64,000 nucleotides of DNA, taken from positions 8,060,001 to 8,124,000 of the forward strand of contig OZ024751.1 in NCBI GenBank assembly GCA_964016885.1. Direction: 5' to 3'. The position numbers were made by a program, and so were the translations under genes. The DNA comes from Eledone cirrhosa (Eukaryota). Every line of letters begins with the position of its first letter. Position 1 is the stretch's first letter. This document shows positions 24,466 to 37,984 of this stretch, piece by piece. The notes beneath the pieces are model-generated. The model did no database searches, was not told the DNA's origin, and saw only the letters and a program-made list of their open reading frames with translations.

Positions 24466-26472
24466 TTACCTTACTTCTCGTAGAGGAAGGTAGGTTTTTC
24501 CATCCTTTTCACTGCTTGTGGCCTCCTCAGGATGGATGTCCTTATAAATCCTCATGGAGAGTGCTTGTCGGAAGTCTCCGATGTCTTTGGGGAATTTTTT
24601 TTTTAGTGTCATGTACGTTTTCTGTGTGATGCGAGTGATTTGTATGTGTGGAGGTGGTGTGAATTTTGGGGTTGTTGTGTAGTCTTTTTCTGTGATGCTG
24701 GTGTTGTGTTGGATGTAGTGTAATAATTGCTTGTTGTTCAAATTTAATGCTGTGTAGTGTGTATCGTTTTGGTTGTTTTGTTTTGTTTGCGTTTGTTGTG
24801 GGTTTGTTTCTGTTACGCATTTTGGTGACTTTTGTGGTGTAGGTGATGGTGGTGTTGGGGTTAATGATGGTGATGGTGTTGGTGTTTGGGTTGATGGGGT
24901 TGGTGATGCTGGTGTGGATGGTGGCATATCTGTCCTAACTTTTTTGTTTCTTAATTTATTTGTTTCCCTCTGTATTTTGTTTTTGGAGGGGGAAGGAAGA
25001 GAATTTTTTCTTTTTTAGTTTCTTTTTTTTTCCGGATATCGTTTCCCACTCCTCGTTGTAACAATCTGTCTCCAGTTGTGATAGGCCGTGGAGTGGAAAA
25101 TCCTCCACAGGCGTTAGTTTTGGTTGTGGCGTGGTGGATGGTGTAGGCGCTGGTGCTAGTTCTGAAGCCTTGGGTGGTGGTGGTGTTGGTTTTGCTGGTG
25201 GTGGTGTTTGTGTTGGTTTTGCTACTGTTGCTGCGGTTGTTGCTGTTATAGTTGCTTCTGTTGTTACTTCTACAGTTGTTGCTGCCATCTCTGCTAGTGG
25301 TGGTGTTAATGGTTGTGTCACTGGGGTGGGTAGGAGAGGTGGCCTCAACCTTTTAGCCTGAGGGCAGAAAGCCCTTAGGTGGGTTCCATCACCACAAACG
25401 ACACACCTAGGTCTTCTGCCCTCGACAATTACCGTGAGGTGGCTGCCGTCAGTGAGGTCTATTACCTCTGGGATCTCTTCAATGCTTTTTTGGTCCGCTT
25501 GGATCAGGAGCTCCATCCCAGATCCGGACCAGTTCTCCTGCTTTTCTTTTGCTATTGCTATTATTTTTGTGTTGGCTTCGATGTCGGCGAGGACGGCCGC
25601 CATTAGCCAGGGAATTTCGATGGCCGGTGGAACGTGGGTCACCCTGATCGTTACGAGTCTCTGGCCACAATAGCTTGGGACGAGTGTGAAGTCGTCACTT
25701 CTTAATGGGGCCATGGAGTGTTCTCTAGCCTCCTCTGGTGTTTCAAAGAACACGTCCACGGTTCCATACTTCTGCCCACGTCTGATGTGGGTTTTTCTTG
25801 CCCACACATGTCCCAAATCTTTTTGGATTTGAAACTCGTATGCCCGTTCCACTCGGCGCGATTTTACATTTATTGTTCGATACGACACAGTGCATAAGCG
25901 CCGATGCTCCATTTTATTAGGTGGGTGGGTGGGGGTGTGGTGAGGCTGACCCTGTACCCATCTTTCTTTACCATTTGTTTGGCATTTTCTAAATCCTCCT
26001 GAGTTACCGTAAATGCTTCGAACTGTTTTGCTACTCTGGCAAAACTGAGGGTGGTTTTTATAATGTCATTGGTGTTGTTGTTGCTATCGTTATTTGTGTT
26101 AATATTAATTTTAGTTTCAGTTGTGTTGGTGGTGACGTCAGTCGTCTTTGGTGGGGAAGAGTCCATTTTGCTTGATTTCATTTCGACATCACGAGTTAAT
26201 TTATTTTTTTCTTCTTTTGTTTCTGTTGTCGCGGTGGTGGTGGGGGTGGTGGTTGTCGCGGTGGTGGTGGTGGTGGTGGAGGCTTTAACACCTGCAGTCA
26301 ATGGTAATGGCGGGAAATGAATGTCTGCCTGAGACAAATTTAAAATATTGCTACTGTTTAAATTTTTTGTAGTGTTGGCAAACGTAGTAACATTTACAAT
26401 GGTGGTGTCGGTGTGAGGTGTTAATTTGTGAGAAAGGCTTTCAGCTGCTTGGTGCAGTGGTGAATTAGCCAT
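24466..26472 (-). pseudogene. ORF1 of Tx1 copy 2, frameshifted
   Basis: MANSPL.., SFARVAK, CTVSYRT..SRRVERA, LVPSYCGQ, CVVCGDGTHLRAFC, KKFPKDIGDFR; homologous to but strongly diverged from copy-1 ORF1. Confidence 0.88.
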
Positions 26473-26684
26473 TTTTTTTCAAAGAAATGTTTTGATAATC
26501 ATAAAAGTTTAAATTTTGGGCATAAGGCCCCAATCTTTTTGGGTGTCCTTTTCGGAAAACAATGTATGTGCGCTTATAAACAGTTAACAATGAAATTCTC
26601 CATAAATGACAATTTTTAACAAACGGAAATAACAAACCTTTGCGAAGCTCCCGTTGATACGATTTACTACGTAGGTCGCCAATC

Positions 26685-26777
<93 letters not shown>

Positions 26778-26779
26778 TT

Positions 26780-27310
26780 TGGCACCTGCGCAAAGTAAAC
26801 AGTTTACCACATTCTGAGAAATGGTATGAGCATAGGCCAGAGGCGGTGATGGAGAACGATCAGGTGAAGGTGCTGTGGGATTTTAGGATACAGACAGACA
26901 AGAAACTGGAACACAATAGACCTGACCTGGTGGTTGTGGACAAAGAAAAAAGATCGTGTCTGATTGTGGATGTGGCCTGCCCATTCGACACGAGAGTGCA
27001 AGAGAAGGAGAGGGAGAAAATTAACCGATACCAAGACTTAAAGTGGGAGGTAAAAAGGATTTGGAACTGCCATGAAGTCAAAGTGATCCCGATTGTCATA
27101 GGCGCACTGGGGGCTATCTCCAAAAGTTTCCAGGGATGGTTAAAGATAATCGGCCCCTTCACGCTTTTTGGAACCCTTCAAAAGGCATGCTTGCTGGGAA
27201 CAGCAAGAACCCTCCGATACGTCCTGAATATCTGAGGCTGCAGGTAGTGGCTTGATATTCATTCCAACGGAGTTTCCAGTTAAACAACATCAATGACTGA
27301 GATTCAAGGA
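26780..27310 (+). mobile_element. 5'-truncated R4/Dong-like family A (RLE domain + 3' UTR)
   Basis: Near-identical to 12500-13030; WDFRIQTD..NRPDLVVVDK. Confidence 0.95.
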
Positions 27311-27327
27311 ATAATAATAATAATAAT

Positions 27328-27399
<72 letters not shown>

Positions 27400-27402
<3 letters not shown>

Positions 27403-30114
27403 CTTAGAAAATTGAAAAAAAAGTACTGTATAAAATCAACATGTGACATAGACATGCTGATAGAAATAATCAAGCAAAAATTGTCGGCCAAAGCTGCTCG
27501 TATAAAGCGCTTTGAAAAACGATCTAGATTCTATAAGGAGAATAATATGTTCAAAAACAACCAAAGAAACTTCTACAGAAAAATTGGTAAGTCAACAATA
27601 ACTGCTAAATCAATACCACCCAAGGAGGAAGTGCAAGAATTCTGGGAAAAGATCTGGGCCGAAGAAAAAGTTCATAACATACATGCCCCATGGATAGACC
27701 GACAAATGAAAGATACAGCTCACCTTGAGGAACAAATATGGGAAAATATAACAGTTGAACAGTTGCGCTTGGCTCTAAGAAAAACCAGCAAATGGAAATC
27801 CCCAGGAAAAGACAAAATACAAAACTTTTGGATAAATGCCTTCACAGAGTCTCGTGAGCTGTTAGCCCAACTTTACAATGGAATAGTTAAGGAGCCAGAA
27901 ATTATACCATCATGGCTAGTTAACAGCATTACATTCCTGCTTCCGAAGAATGATGAGACAAACAATCCCAAAAATTACAGACCGGTAACTTGCTTGACCA
28001 CAATGTATAAAATTTTAACATCAGTCCTAACTGAATACACATATGTCCACCTGATAACAAATGACCTATTTCCCATTGAGCAGAAAGGGTGTAAACGAGG
28101 CTCATATGGCTGTAAGTATCAGCTTCTGGTTAACAAAATGATACTGGAAGATTGTCATAATAGACACAAAAATCTATCGATTGCTTGGATAGATTATAAA
28201 AAAGCATTCGATAGTTTGCTACACAGATGGATTGAAAAATGTTTAGAGATTTTCAAAATATCCCCCGTTGTCAGGAGGTTTTTGTCATTCAGTATGAAGA
28301 CATGGAAAACGACACTCCTTTTGAATAGTGAAATAAAATCACTGGAAGCTGGAGAAGTTAATATTAATTGTGGAATTGTTCAGGGTGACTCTTTATCACC
28401 GCTTTTATTCTGCATCGCACTTATACCATTAAGTAAAATGCTCAATGAAACAAAACATGGATATAAAGTCTATGACAAAACCATTAATCACCTGTTCTAC
28501 ATGGATGACCTGAAACTATTTGCAAAAAATGATGAACAAGGGCTATTATCCACTGTGGAGCAGTTCAGTGATGACATTAAAATGGAGTTTGGACTAGATA
28601 AATGCGCCAAAGCAACGTTCACCAGAGGAAAGCTGCTGAAGATTTCAGACATTAATCTTGATCGGGGGAACGTGATAAGAGAACTTGATCAAGAAAAAAA
28701 CTTACAAATATCTAGGTGTTTGTGAAGGAGACGGAATCAAGCACTCGACAATGAGGGAAAGGATAAGGAAGGAATGTTACCGCAGAGTAAGAGCAATCTT
28801 AAGAACGGAATTGAATGCAAGCAATAGGATCGATGCCATAAACACGCTTGCCATACCAGTAGTAACCTACAGTTACAATGTCATCAACTGGTCAAGCACA
28901 GAGATCCGTAGGCTCGATACAAAAATTCAAAAATTCTTAACCATGCACAGAATGCATCACCCTAAGGCAGATATAGATAGAATATATATCCCTAGGAAAG
29001 AAGGAGGACGTGGGTTAACCCAGTTAGACATTGCGTTGAAAACTGCGACAATTGGATTATCTACATATCTGAGAGAATCACATGATTGGATGATCAAACT
29101 TGTTTTGAAACACGAAAGCATCAAAAGATCATATTCCATTACAAAAGATGCACAAAGATACAGTAATGGACTACACATTTCAGAAGTCCCATTTACTGCT
29201 GAAATGGAAAACACAGAAAAAGCAAAGCAGGTAAAAGTAACTGCAAAGAAAGAACTGCTACAGAAACTGGCTAAGAAATGGCAAGAAAAGCCTCTGTATG
29301 GAAAATACCCAGAGCGAGCTAACAATCCTGATGTTGACAAAACTTTAACCCATCAGTGGTTGGCATCCTCTGGACTGAAATCGGAGACTGAAGGACTGAT
29401 TATATCAGCACAAGATCAGTGTCTGCCAACAAAAAATTACCAAGCCAACATAATAAAAAATGGATGCAGCCCATTATGCCGTGTATGCAAAAAACAACCA
29501 GAGACCATTGACCATATAATTTCAATGTGCAGTCCTATAGCTCCAACCGAATACCTAAACAAGCATGACAGAGCTGCACAATACATACATTGGATAATGT
29601 GTAAGCATTTTGACCTGCCCCATCAAAAGAATTGGTGGGAGCATCAACCACCTCCCATACTTGAAAAAGATCACATCTCAATCTTGTGGAACGTATGCCT
29701 GCTAATTGATATGTCTGTTCCAATAGACAAGAATGTATCTATAAAAACATTTGAAAAATTGAGCAAGTATAAGGACCTGGAGATAGAAATTGGAAAAATA
29801 TGGAAATTGAGAACTAAAACAATACCAGTGGTTGTAGGCGCTCTGGGAATGATACCTAAGGGGTCTATTGATTACTTATTCCAAATCCCAGGAAACCCGC
29901 GTATAGGAGAAATTCAAAAGATAGTACTAATGGGAACTGCCCATATACTAAGGAAGATTCTGTCAATATAAGTACATCACAAGTCTAAACACTAAAGATG
30001 CATGTGTGAGTATGTATGTTCTCTCTTGAACATGGCGGACCTTGTTGTCTCCTGAGGTCACTGGTTGTGACTTGGTGATAACTCGTATGAACATAAAGCA
30101 AGATAAATGCAACT

Positions 30115-30116
<2 letters not shown>
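27400..30116 (+). mobile_element. 5'-truncated R4/Dong-like family B copy 2 (RT to RLE; one frameshift near 28700, 72-nt deletion at 29692)
   Basis: KWKSPGKD, NYRPVTCL, WIDYKKAFDS, GIVQGDSLSPLLF, HLFYMDDLKLF, YKYLG, CRVC. Confidence 0.95.
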
Positions 30117-30134
<18 letters not shown>

Positions 30135-30147
<13 letters not shown>

Positions 30148-30306
30148 TTGAAGACTAATGTACAAAGAGGGCTCGATAACTATAAATATATATCAAATAT
30201 ATAAGAACCGTAGGGCAAATATTTATTAAAATAACAGATTAAAGCTTAAGCAAAAAATCGCTCAAGGGAGAAAACAGCGATTCTTTGCTTAAAGTGTGAT
30301 CTTTTA

Positions 30307-30312
<6 letters not shown>
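30135..30312 (-). mobile_element. Fold-back HHR mini-element family D
   Basis: Tail aaatttgaagac..gagggctcgataa plus imperfect palindrome 30226-30312 (aagcaaaaaatcgct / agcgattctttgctt). Confidence 0.8.
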
Positions 30313-31921
<1,609 letters not shown>

Positions 31922-31996
31922 CTCTGATGGTAGCTAAGATGGTTCCATAGGCGGTATGCCGGTTGAGCATTATATGCTCTTACAGAGCGGAGTATA

Positions 31997-32234
31997 ATAG
32001 AATAGAAAACGAAAAATCAATGATGCATCTGAACTCAATTTATTATGAGTTGCAATTGTTTCGCCGGCGGACAGCTAGAAATACAATCGTTGTCTGGTTC
32101 CTTCTGGTTCTGGAAATATTTCGGAACACATTCTCTCACTGAGAATATGCTTCAAAATCATTAGACGTGTCCGTCGAACCTGTGGGTCCAGAATCAGACA
32201 GATCCATCACTGATTTTTCGTTTTCTAATCTATA
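31997..32234. mobile_element. Short element bounded by ~35-bp inverted repeats
   Basis: tagaatagaaaacgaaaaatcaatgatgcatctg ... cagatccatcactgatttttcgttttctaatcta; a similar end occurs at 3148-3188. Confidence 0.55.
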
Positions 32235-32415
32235 TATTTATATATATATATATATAAAAATATATATATATATCTATATATTTATAAATATATACGATAT
32301 ATACACACCCGTATTATAAGAGTATATAAATATATACATACATGTATTAATTAATATGATATATACACACTCGTATTATAAGAGTATATACATATATACA
32401 TACATGTATTAATTA

Positions 32416-32611
<196 letters not shown>

Positions 32612-33275
32612 TAATTAATACATGCAATTATATATGTATATACTCTTATAATACGAGTGTGTATATATTGTATATAAGCATATATGGTCGAGGGTATGTT
32701 ATATATGTATATCGATGAATGTTCATATGTAAATATTTATATATATATATATGTATATAAAGACATATATATATATATAAACGGAAAAAATGAAACGAAA
32801 TTTCATTTCGCACACTTAATACGGCTGTTACTTAAATATAAGTACGTATACGTACATATATATATATGTATACAGACGTACAGTAGTATGTATATATATA
32901 TACATACATGCACACATATATATATATATGTACGTATGGATTCACCAAACATTTATTATAATTCTCGGTGTGTTTGTAAACAAACATCCCGTATTATAAT
33001 AACTGTTTGGTGAATCCATATATGTGTGCATGTATGTATATATACATACTACTGTACGTCTGTATACATATATGTATGTACGTATACATACTTATATTTA
33101 AGTAACAGCCGTACAAAGTGTTGGAAATGAAATTTCGTTTCATTTTTTCCGTTTATCGTTTTCCGTGAAACCGGCCGATTAACCCACTCGATATGCAAAT
33201 TGGGCTACTAAGCCGTTAATATGCATAAGGTAAGTATATACTTTCGGACGTTCATCTATCTGGCAGGAAGGTATA

Positions 33276-33316
33276 CGTTGCTGACGATAGCTAACAAGCT
33301 TGAAACTAGTACAGCG
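33276..33316 (+). ncRNA. Minimal type I hammerhead ribozyme
   Basis: CGUUG-CUGACGA-u-AGC uaacaa GCU-u-GAA-ACUAGU-A/CAGCG: 5-bp stem I, canonical core, palindromic stem III. Confidence 0.88.
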
Positions 33317-33706
33317 TTTCTTTGTCAGTGTTGAACAAACGAGCAACGGTGGTTGCTAGACACTACGGCTTAATACGGGATGTTTGTTTACAAACACACC
33401 GAGCATTATAATAAATGTTTGGTGAATCCATACGTACATATATATATTTGTGTTCATGTATGTATATATATATATACATACTACTGTACGTCTGTATACA
33501 TATATGTATGTACGTATAGATACTTATATTTAAGTAACAGCCGTACTATGAGCGGGAAATGAAATTTCGTTTCACTTTTTCCGTTTATCTTTTTCGGTGC
33601 ACCCGGCCGATTAACCCACTCGATATGCAAATTGGACTACTCAGCCGTTAATATGCATAAGGAAAGTGAATACTTTCTGCGTTCAACTATCTGGCAGGAA
33701 GGTATA

Positions 33707-33747
33707 CGTTGCTGACTGTAGCTAACACGCTTGAAACTAGTACATCG
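33707..33747 (+). ncRNA. Second-unit hammerhead with mutated core
   Basis: CGUUG-CUGACUG-uagcuaacacgcuu-GAA-ACUAGU-A/CAUCG; G8 and A9 altered. Confidence 0.65.
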
Positions 33748-33975
33748 TTCCTTTGTCAGTGTTGAACAAACGAGCAACGGTGGTTGCTAGACACTACGGC
33801 TTAATACGGGATGTTTGTTTACAAACACACCTAGCATTATAATGAATGTTTGGTCAATGCATACGTACATATATATATATATGTGTGCATGTATGTATAT
33901 ATATATACATACTACTGTACGTCTGTATACATATATGTATGTACGTATATATACTTATATATATATATATATATA

Positions 33976-34015
<40 letters not shown>

Positions 34016-34055
34016 GCCCATATATATATATATATATAAATACATATATATATAT

Positions 34056-34144
<89 letters not shown>

Positions 34145-34599
34145 AAAGATACATATAAACATGTAAGTTTATATATAGAAAAAAATTAAATATATTAGCA
34201 CTCAAAAATATTGAATACATATTTATGATTATGATAAGTATAGTTGCAGAGAAAAAGGGAGAAGTTGATAATATATTTAGAATCATCTAGTGATCTAGTA
34301 AGATTGGTTGTAAAACATATTCAACTGTTATAAGTATAATTTAATGTATGTGAACTTATATAGGTGTGTCAAATATATCAGTAGATTGATGGGGTATTCG
34401 ATGCGTCTTAGACAGTCATCAGATGTATATACGTGCATACAACAATGTACGCATAGCGACAGAAAGAAGGGAAAATAGTCAATATGTGAGTGTTATCTGT
34501 GTGTTATAGGTACAATTACATATATGTGATCATATTAAATATACGTTCAGGGTAGTTAGTGTTAATGCTATTTTATAATTGAAATATATGTTGAGGGTG

Positions 34600-36555
34600 G
34601 TTGTGTGTCCAGAGTTTGCTATTTTTATTCCATTAGGAAGGTAGTTGTGGGCAACCTCCGAAATTTTCAGTTTTAGAGTTGAGACAATTATGTGGAGATT
34701 TCATGTTCCCCAGAATTCTATATTTCTCGCTTACGCATAAAGTACATTTTCTTTTATCTTTTGCATATACTTGATTGGTCAAAAATAGACCAATTTATTA
34801 CATATTGAACTCTGTGTTCTTTCATCTACCGCACTCTGTTTGCCAGCGCCGTAGTTTTCTATTTTTTTTCAGGATGTCTGAAAGAAGCGAGAAGTGCATA
34901 ATAACGTTGTTTAAATATATCTTGAGTCATACCCACATATCGCTCAAAGGTATCTGGCTCGTTGGTGTTTAAATGTGTCAATGTCGCCTCATATACAAGT
35001 GATAATATGTTACAATTCTCCTGTATTGCTGCATGAACATCCTTGATGTTCTCTGGCTAATTTACGATTGGTAATATTCGTTTTCATTGAAGGGCTGCCT
35101 GAGTAGTTAATCTTGACTAAAGTTCTGTTAAATATTATGAGATCAAGGAACTTTCTGCTTACCTTTGTTTTTACTGCTAATTAAATTATGTTTCCTTTTC
35201 TATTTTCTTTATCATTGGTATTAGTAGGATTAGGTATATATATAATTATTTCGTTAACAACATTATTTTTAAGGGCCTTTTTTATAATAATGGGATGATT
35301 TATTAAATAATTCTTCAGAGGAAAAAGAGGGTTTATATCGTACGACTGATATTCGGGGTGTGATGGCATGACACTTTATTTATATATCGTACATTTTCAT
35401 TAGGTTTATGATATGGCTTAAAAGAAGCGGTAAGTAAATCAAGATTTATATCAAAAAAGGTAGCACTAGGCAGATTTGTGTCAATGATAATTTTAAGATC
35501 TAGATTATTGAAGGTTTGTATCAAGTTTTTACGACATCTGTGAAGATTATGGCCATTGGTTTTATTTGACACTGCTAGTCCGCCATCTCGACATAATCCG
35601 ATAGTGTGATTGGAGAATTTCTCTTAAGTGTATGGAGGAGGAATAAGCCAACTAAATCCAACTTGGTGGCACTATCGGAAGAACACATTGAGACATCAAC
35701 AGAATTTTCTCGGTTTTATTTTTTTTATCGCAGGTTTCGTCTTTGTTAAAATGTAATGTTTTTCTAGCATGCAAAATTACACCTTTCTTTAGTTCTGATA
35801 TATCATAAATTGTATAGCAAAATCTAACGATTTGGCTAACAAGGAATGAGTAATAGAAGGATAGACATCTACAATAACAAATTGGGTAAATCTAGACCTA
35901 TATTTCTCTTGCATATTAATTAAACCAAGATATAACTGAGTAGGTATTTAACCATTGAAATAATTCTGTTATAATTCTTATTTGTTTAATGATAGTTCTT
36001 AAAATTTCTTTACTAGCAAGAAGAATTTCTGTTTTAACGGGGTTAATAAATATACAACTAGGTCGGTTAATGACAATTATTTTGTGGTCTTTACATTTTT
36101 CTCGGCTTTCAGTTCTATTATCTATTCTTAATTTTGTTGCTATATTTTTAGCTTCATTATTTACTTTGCCTTTCATCCTTACGGGGTCGATAAAATAAAG
36201 TACCACTAATGCACTGGTTAATTGCTGGTCTTGTGCCTAAAGTAGAAACAATTATTTATATTATTACATGTGCTACTTTTGGTTTTTGATATTTAGTAGT
36301 TATACTATCTGTTAAAAGTTGGTTATATAATTGGTTAGTAACTTCATATACATTTTTAGCTTTATCCGAAAATACAAACGTATCATTAGAGGATTTAATA
36401 TGAGAAATATCGTTAGAATGTTTAGTTTGAAATGTTTTATTGTACTTACGAAATGTTATTCTTATTCGAATGGGGCGGGATCTTTAACTCTTGGTGGGTA
36501 TTTGCATGACTTAATGTCAAAGTAATTCGTTGAATATGTTCTGAACAGTCCGTGA
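34600..36555 (-). mobile_element. Decayed Naiad-like Penelope element (RT + GIY-YIG) interrupted by a SINE
   Basis: KDHK..INPVKTEI..SKEIL, QWLNTYSVISWF, VDVYPSI, DLVGLFLL, GLCRDGGL, FFDINLDL..FKPYHKPN, CTLCVSEK; many stops. Confidence 0.85.
36160..36255 (+). mobile_element. 5'-truncated SINE inserted in the Naiad-like element
   Basis: tttgcctttcatccttacggggtcgataaaataaagtacc...gtgcctaaagtagaaacaattat. Confidence 0.9.
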
Positions 36556-36557
36556 TG

Positions 36558-36632
<75 letters not shown>

Positions 36633-37683
36633 TTATATAAATGTATGTGCGGGTGTGTTCACTTTCGATAAAAGTATTTCTGTATTGAAGAAGTAAAACG
36701 TATTTTCACTTAGCTGGACCTGTGTTTAGCAGGCGAAATACATTTTAAGGGGTGCTCTACACATTATCATACCCATCTTTCTCCGAAGATCTATAATAAT
36801 ATGCTAGAAATTATCAACTAAATTATCAACTAATCATCATTCATATTGAATCACACTTTCATAAAAATATATGACATATCAGATGATAGCGTCCCGAATG
36901 GTATGCTTCTACTAAGAAAATGAGAGCTATGACAACTTCCTTCCAACAAAGTCATTTTAACCACTATTAGCATGCAGTTTAATATGAGCATGCAGTTTAT
37001 TATGAGCCACAACTCTATAATACTTTATACAAACATGGGCTTCCATATTTATAGTTTACATTCTATTAACGAGGAAGTAATCTGGAACATTCGCCTCCAA
37101 AGCTAAGGAGATAACCTTAAATAATAAAAAGAATAATGATCCAATCCGTGCTACTGTTGTTAATGTAGCAATGCAAAAAGAAAATTAAAACAGCTTTAAG
37201 CTGATGGTCACAAGATATAAAATCTAATTTGGAAAATATATTATATAAACAGATTGAGTGATATCAAAAGAGAATATTATTTGAACTAAAGGAAAATTCG
37301 TATTGGGAATTGTTGTCTAAAGAAAAGCACATGATTAATACACAGAAAGAATTTCATTGACATTGACGGATGGATACAGACCTGTGCAATAGAGACATCT
37401 TTGTGGTATTACTGGCTTAATCTACTAAACAAAAAATAGCTTTAATTCAGAAATCCATGATGACCATAATGCAAAAAACAACACTCTGTAAACATTCATT
37501 CGGACAATGCCCTGTGGTATCCTTTGAAAGACGATATAAACAAAATAATAATTAAATGTGTTACTCCACAGTCCTGGCAAAAAATTACCAAAGTGGAGTT
37601 TATTTTCAACGCCGAGGCAGTATTACCTAAAACATGTGATTGGGTATCCATTAGTATACGTCAATACCCGTCAACCACTGTAA

Positions 37684-37740
<57 letters not shown>

Positions 37741-37984
37741 AAAGTTATATTTAAAATTGTTGGGTTACAACTAGTAAATATTTATAACTGATATAAAAGC
37801 ACTCGACAAATATTTGGAGTATATTTACAATATTAAATAAATGGAAACTATATTTATAAAACCATATTTATTTCATTATATATATTTCGGGGATATCATA
37901 TTAACAATATGCTATGCCTTCCTCAGACAAAATACAATATAAACAGTTTTATAGATAAATAGATTCGACATACCGTTATAAACA

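Larger units (their letters stand above)
20799..26684 (-). mobile_element. Full-length Tx1/L1-clade copy 2, frameshifted
   Basis: Same layout as copy 1; ORF2 and 3' UTR highly similar, ORF1 and 5' UTR divergent; flanked by (ATT)n. Confidence 0.95.
8240..30143. repeat. (AAT)n-spaced retrotransposon nest; spacers at ~8240-8303, 8453-8528, 13031-13077, 14691-14744, 20775-20798, 26685-26777, 27311-27399, 30117-30143
   Basis: Every element boundary except the ~9420 junction is an (AAT)n tract. Confidence 0.95.
32777..33960 (+). mobile_element. Retrozyme-like ~431-bp tandem repeat (~2.2 units) with a 220-bp inverted 5' segment
   Basis: Equivalent positions at 33090, 33522 and 33953; one HHR per unit; 32777-32997 is an inverted copy of the unit junction. 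Confidence 0.85.

Noticed and set aside
14956-26320. Plus-strand ORFs inside the Tx1 copies and minus-strand ORFs inside the R4 copies
   Set aside because: Antisense shadows of GC-rich or low-complexity coding sequence; shared between copies only because the DNA is near-identical
12500-30116. A-then-B order occurring twice as a segmental duplication
   Set aside because: 5' truncation points of both A and B differ between the pairs and lesions are private; independent insertions fit better
8240-30143. Repeat-spacer organisation as a CRISPR-like array
   Set aside because: The repeats are variable-length microsatellites, the spacers are retrotransposons, the context is eukaryotic and there are no cas genes
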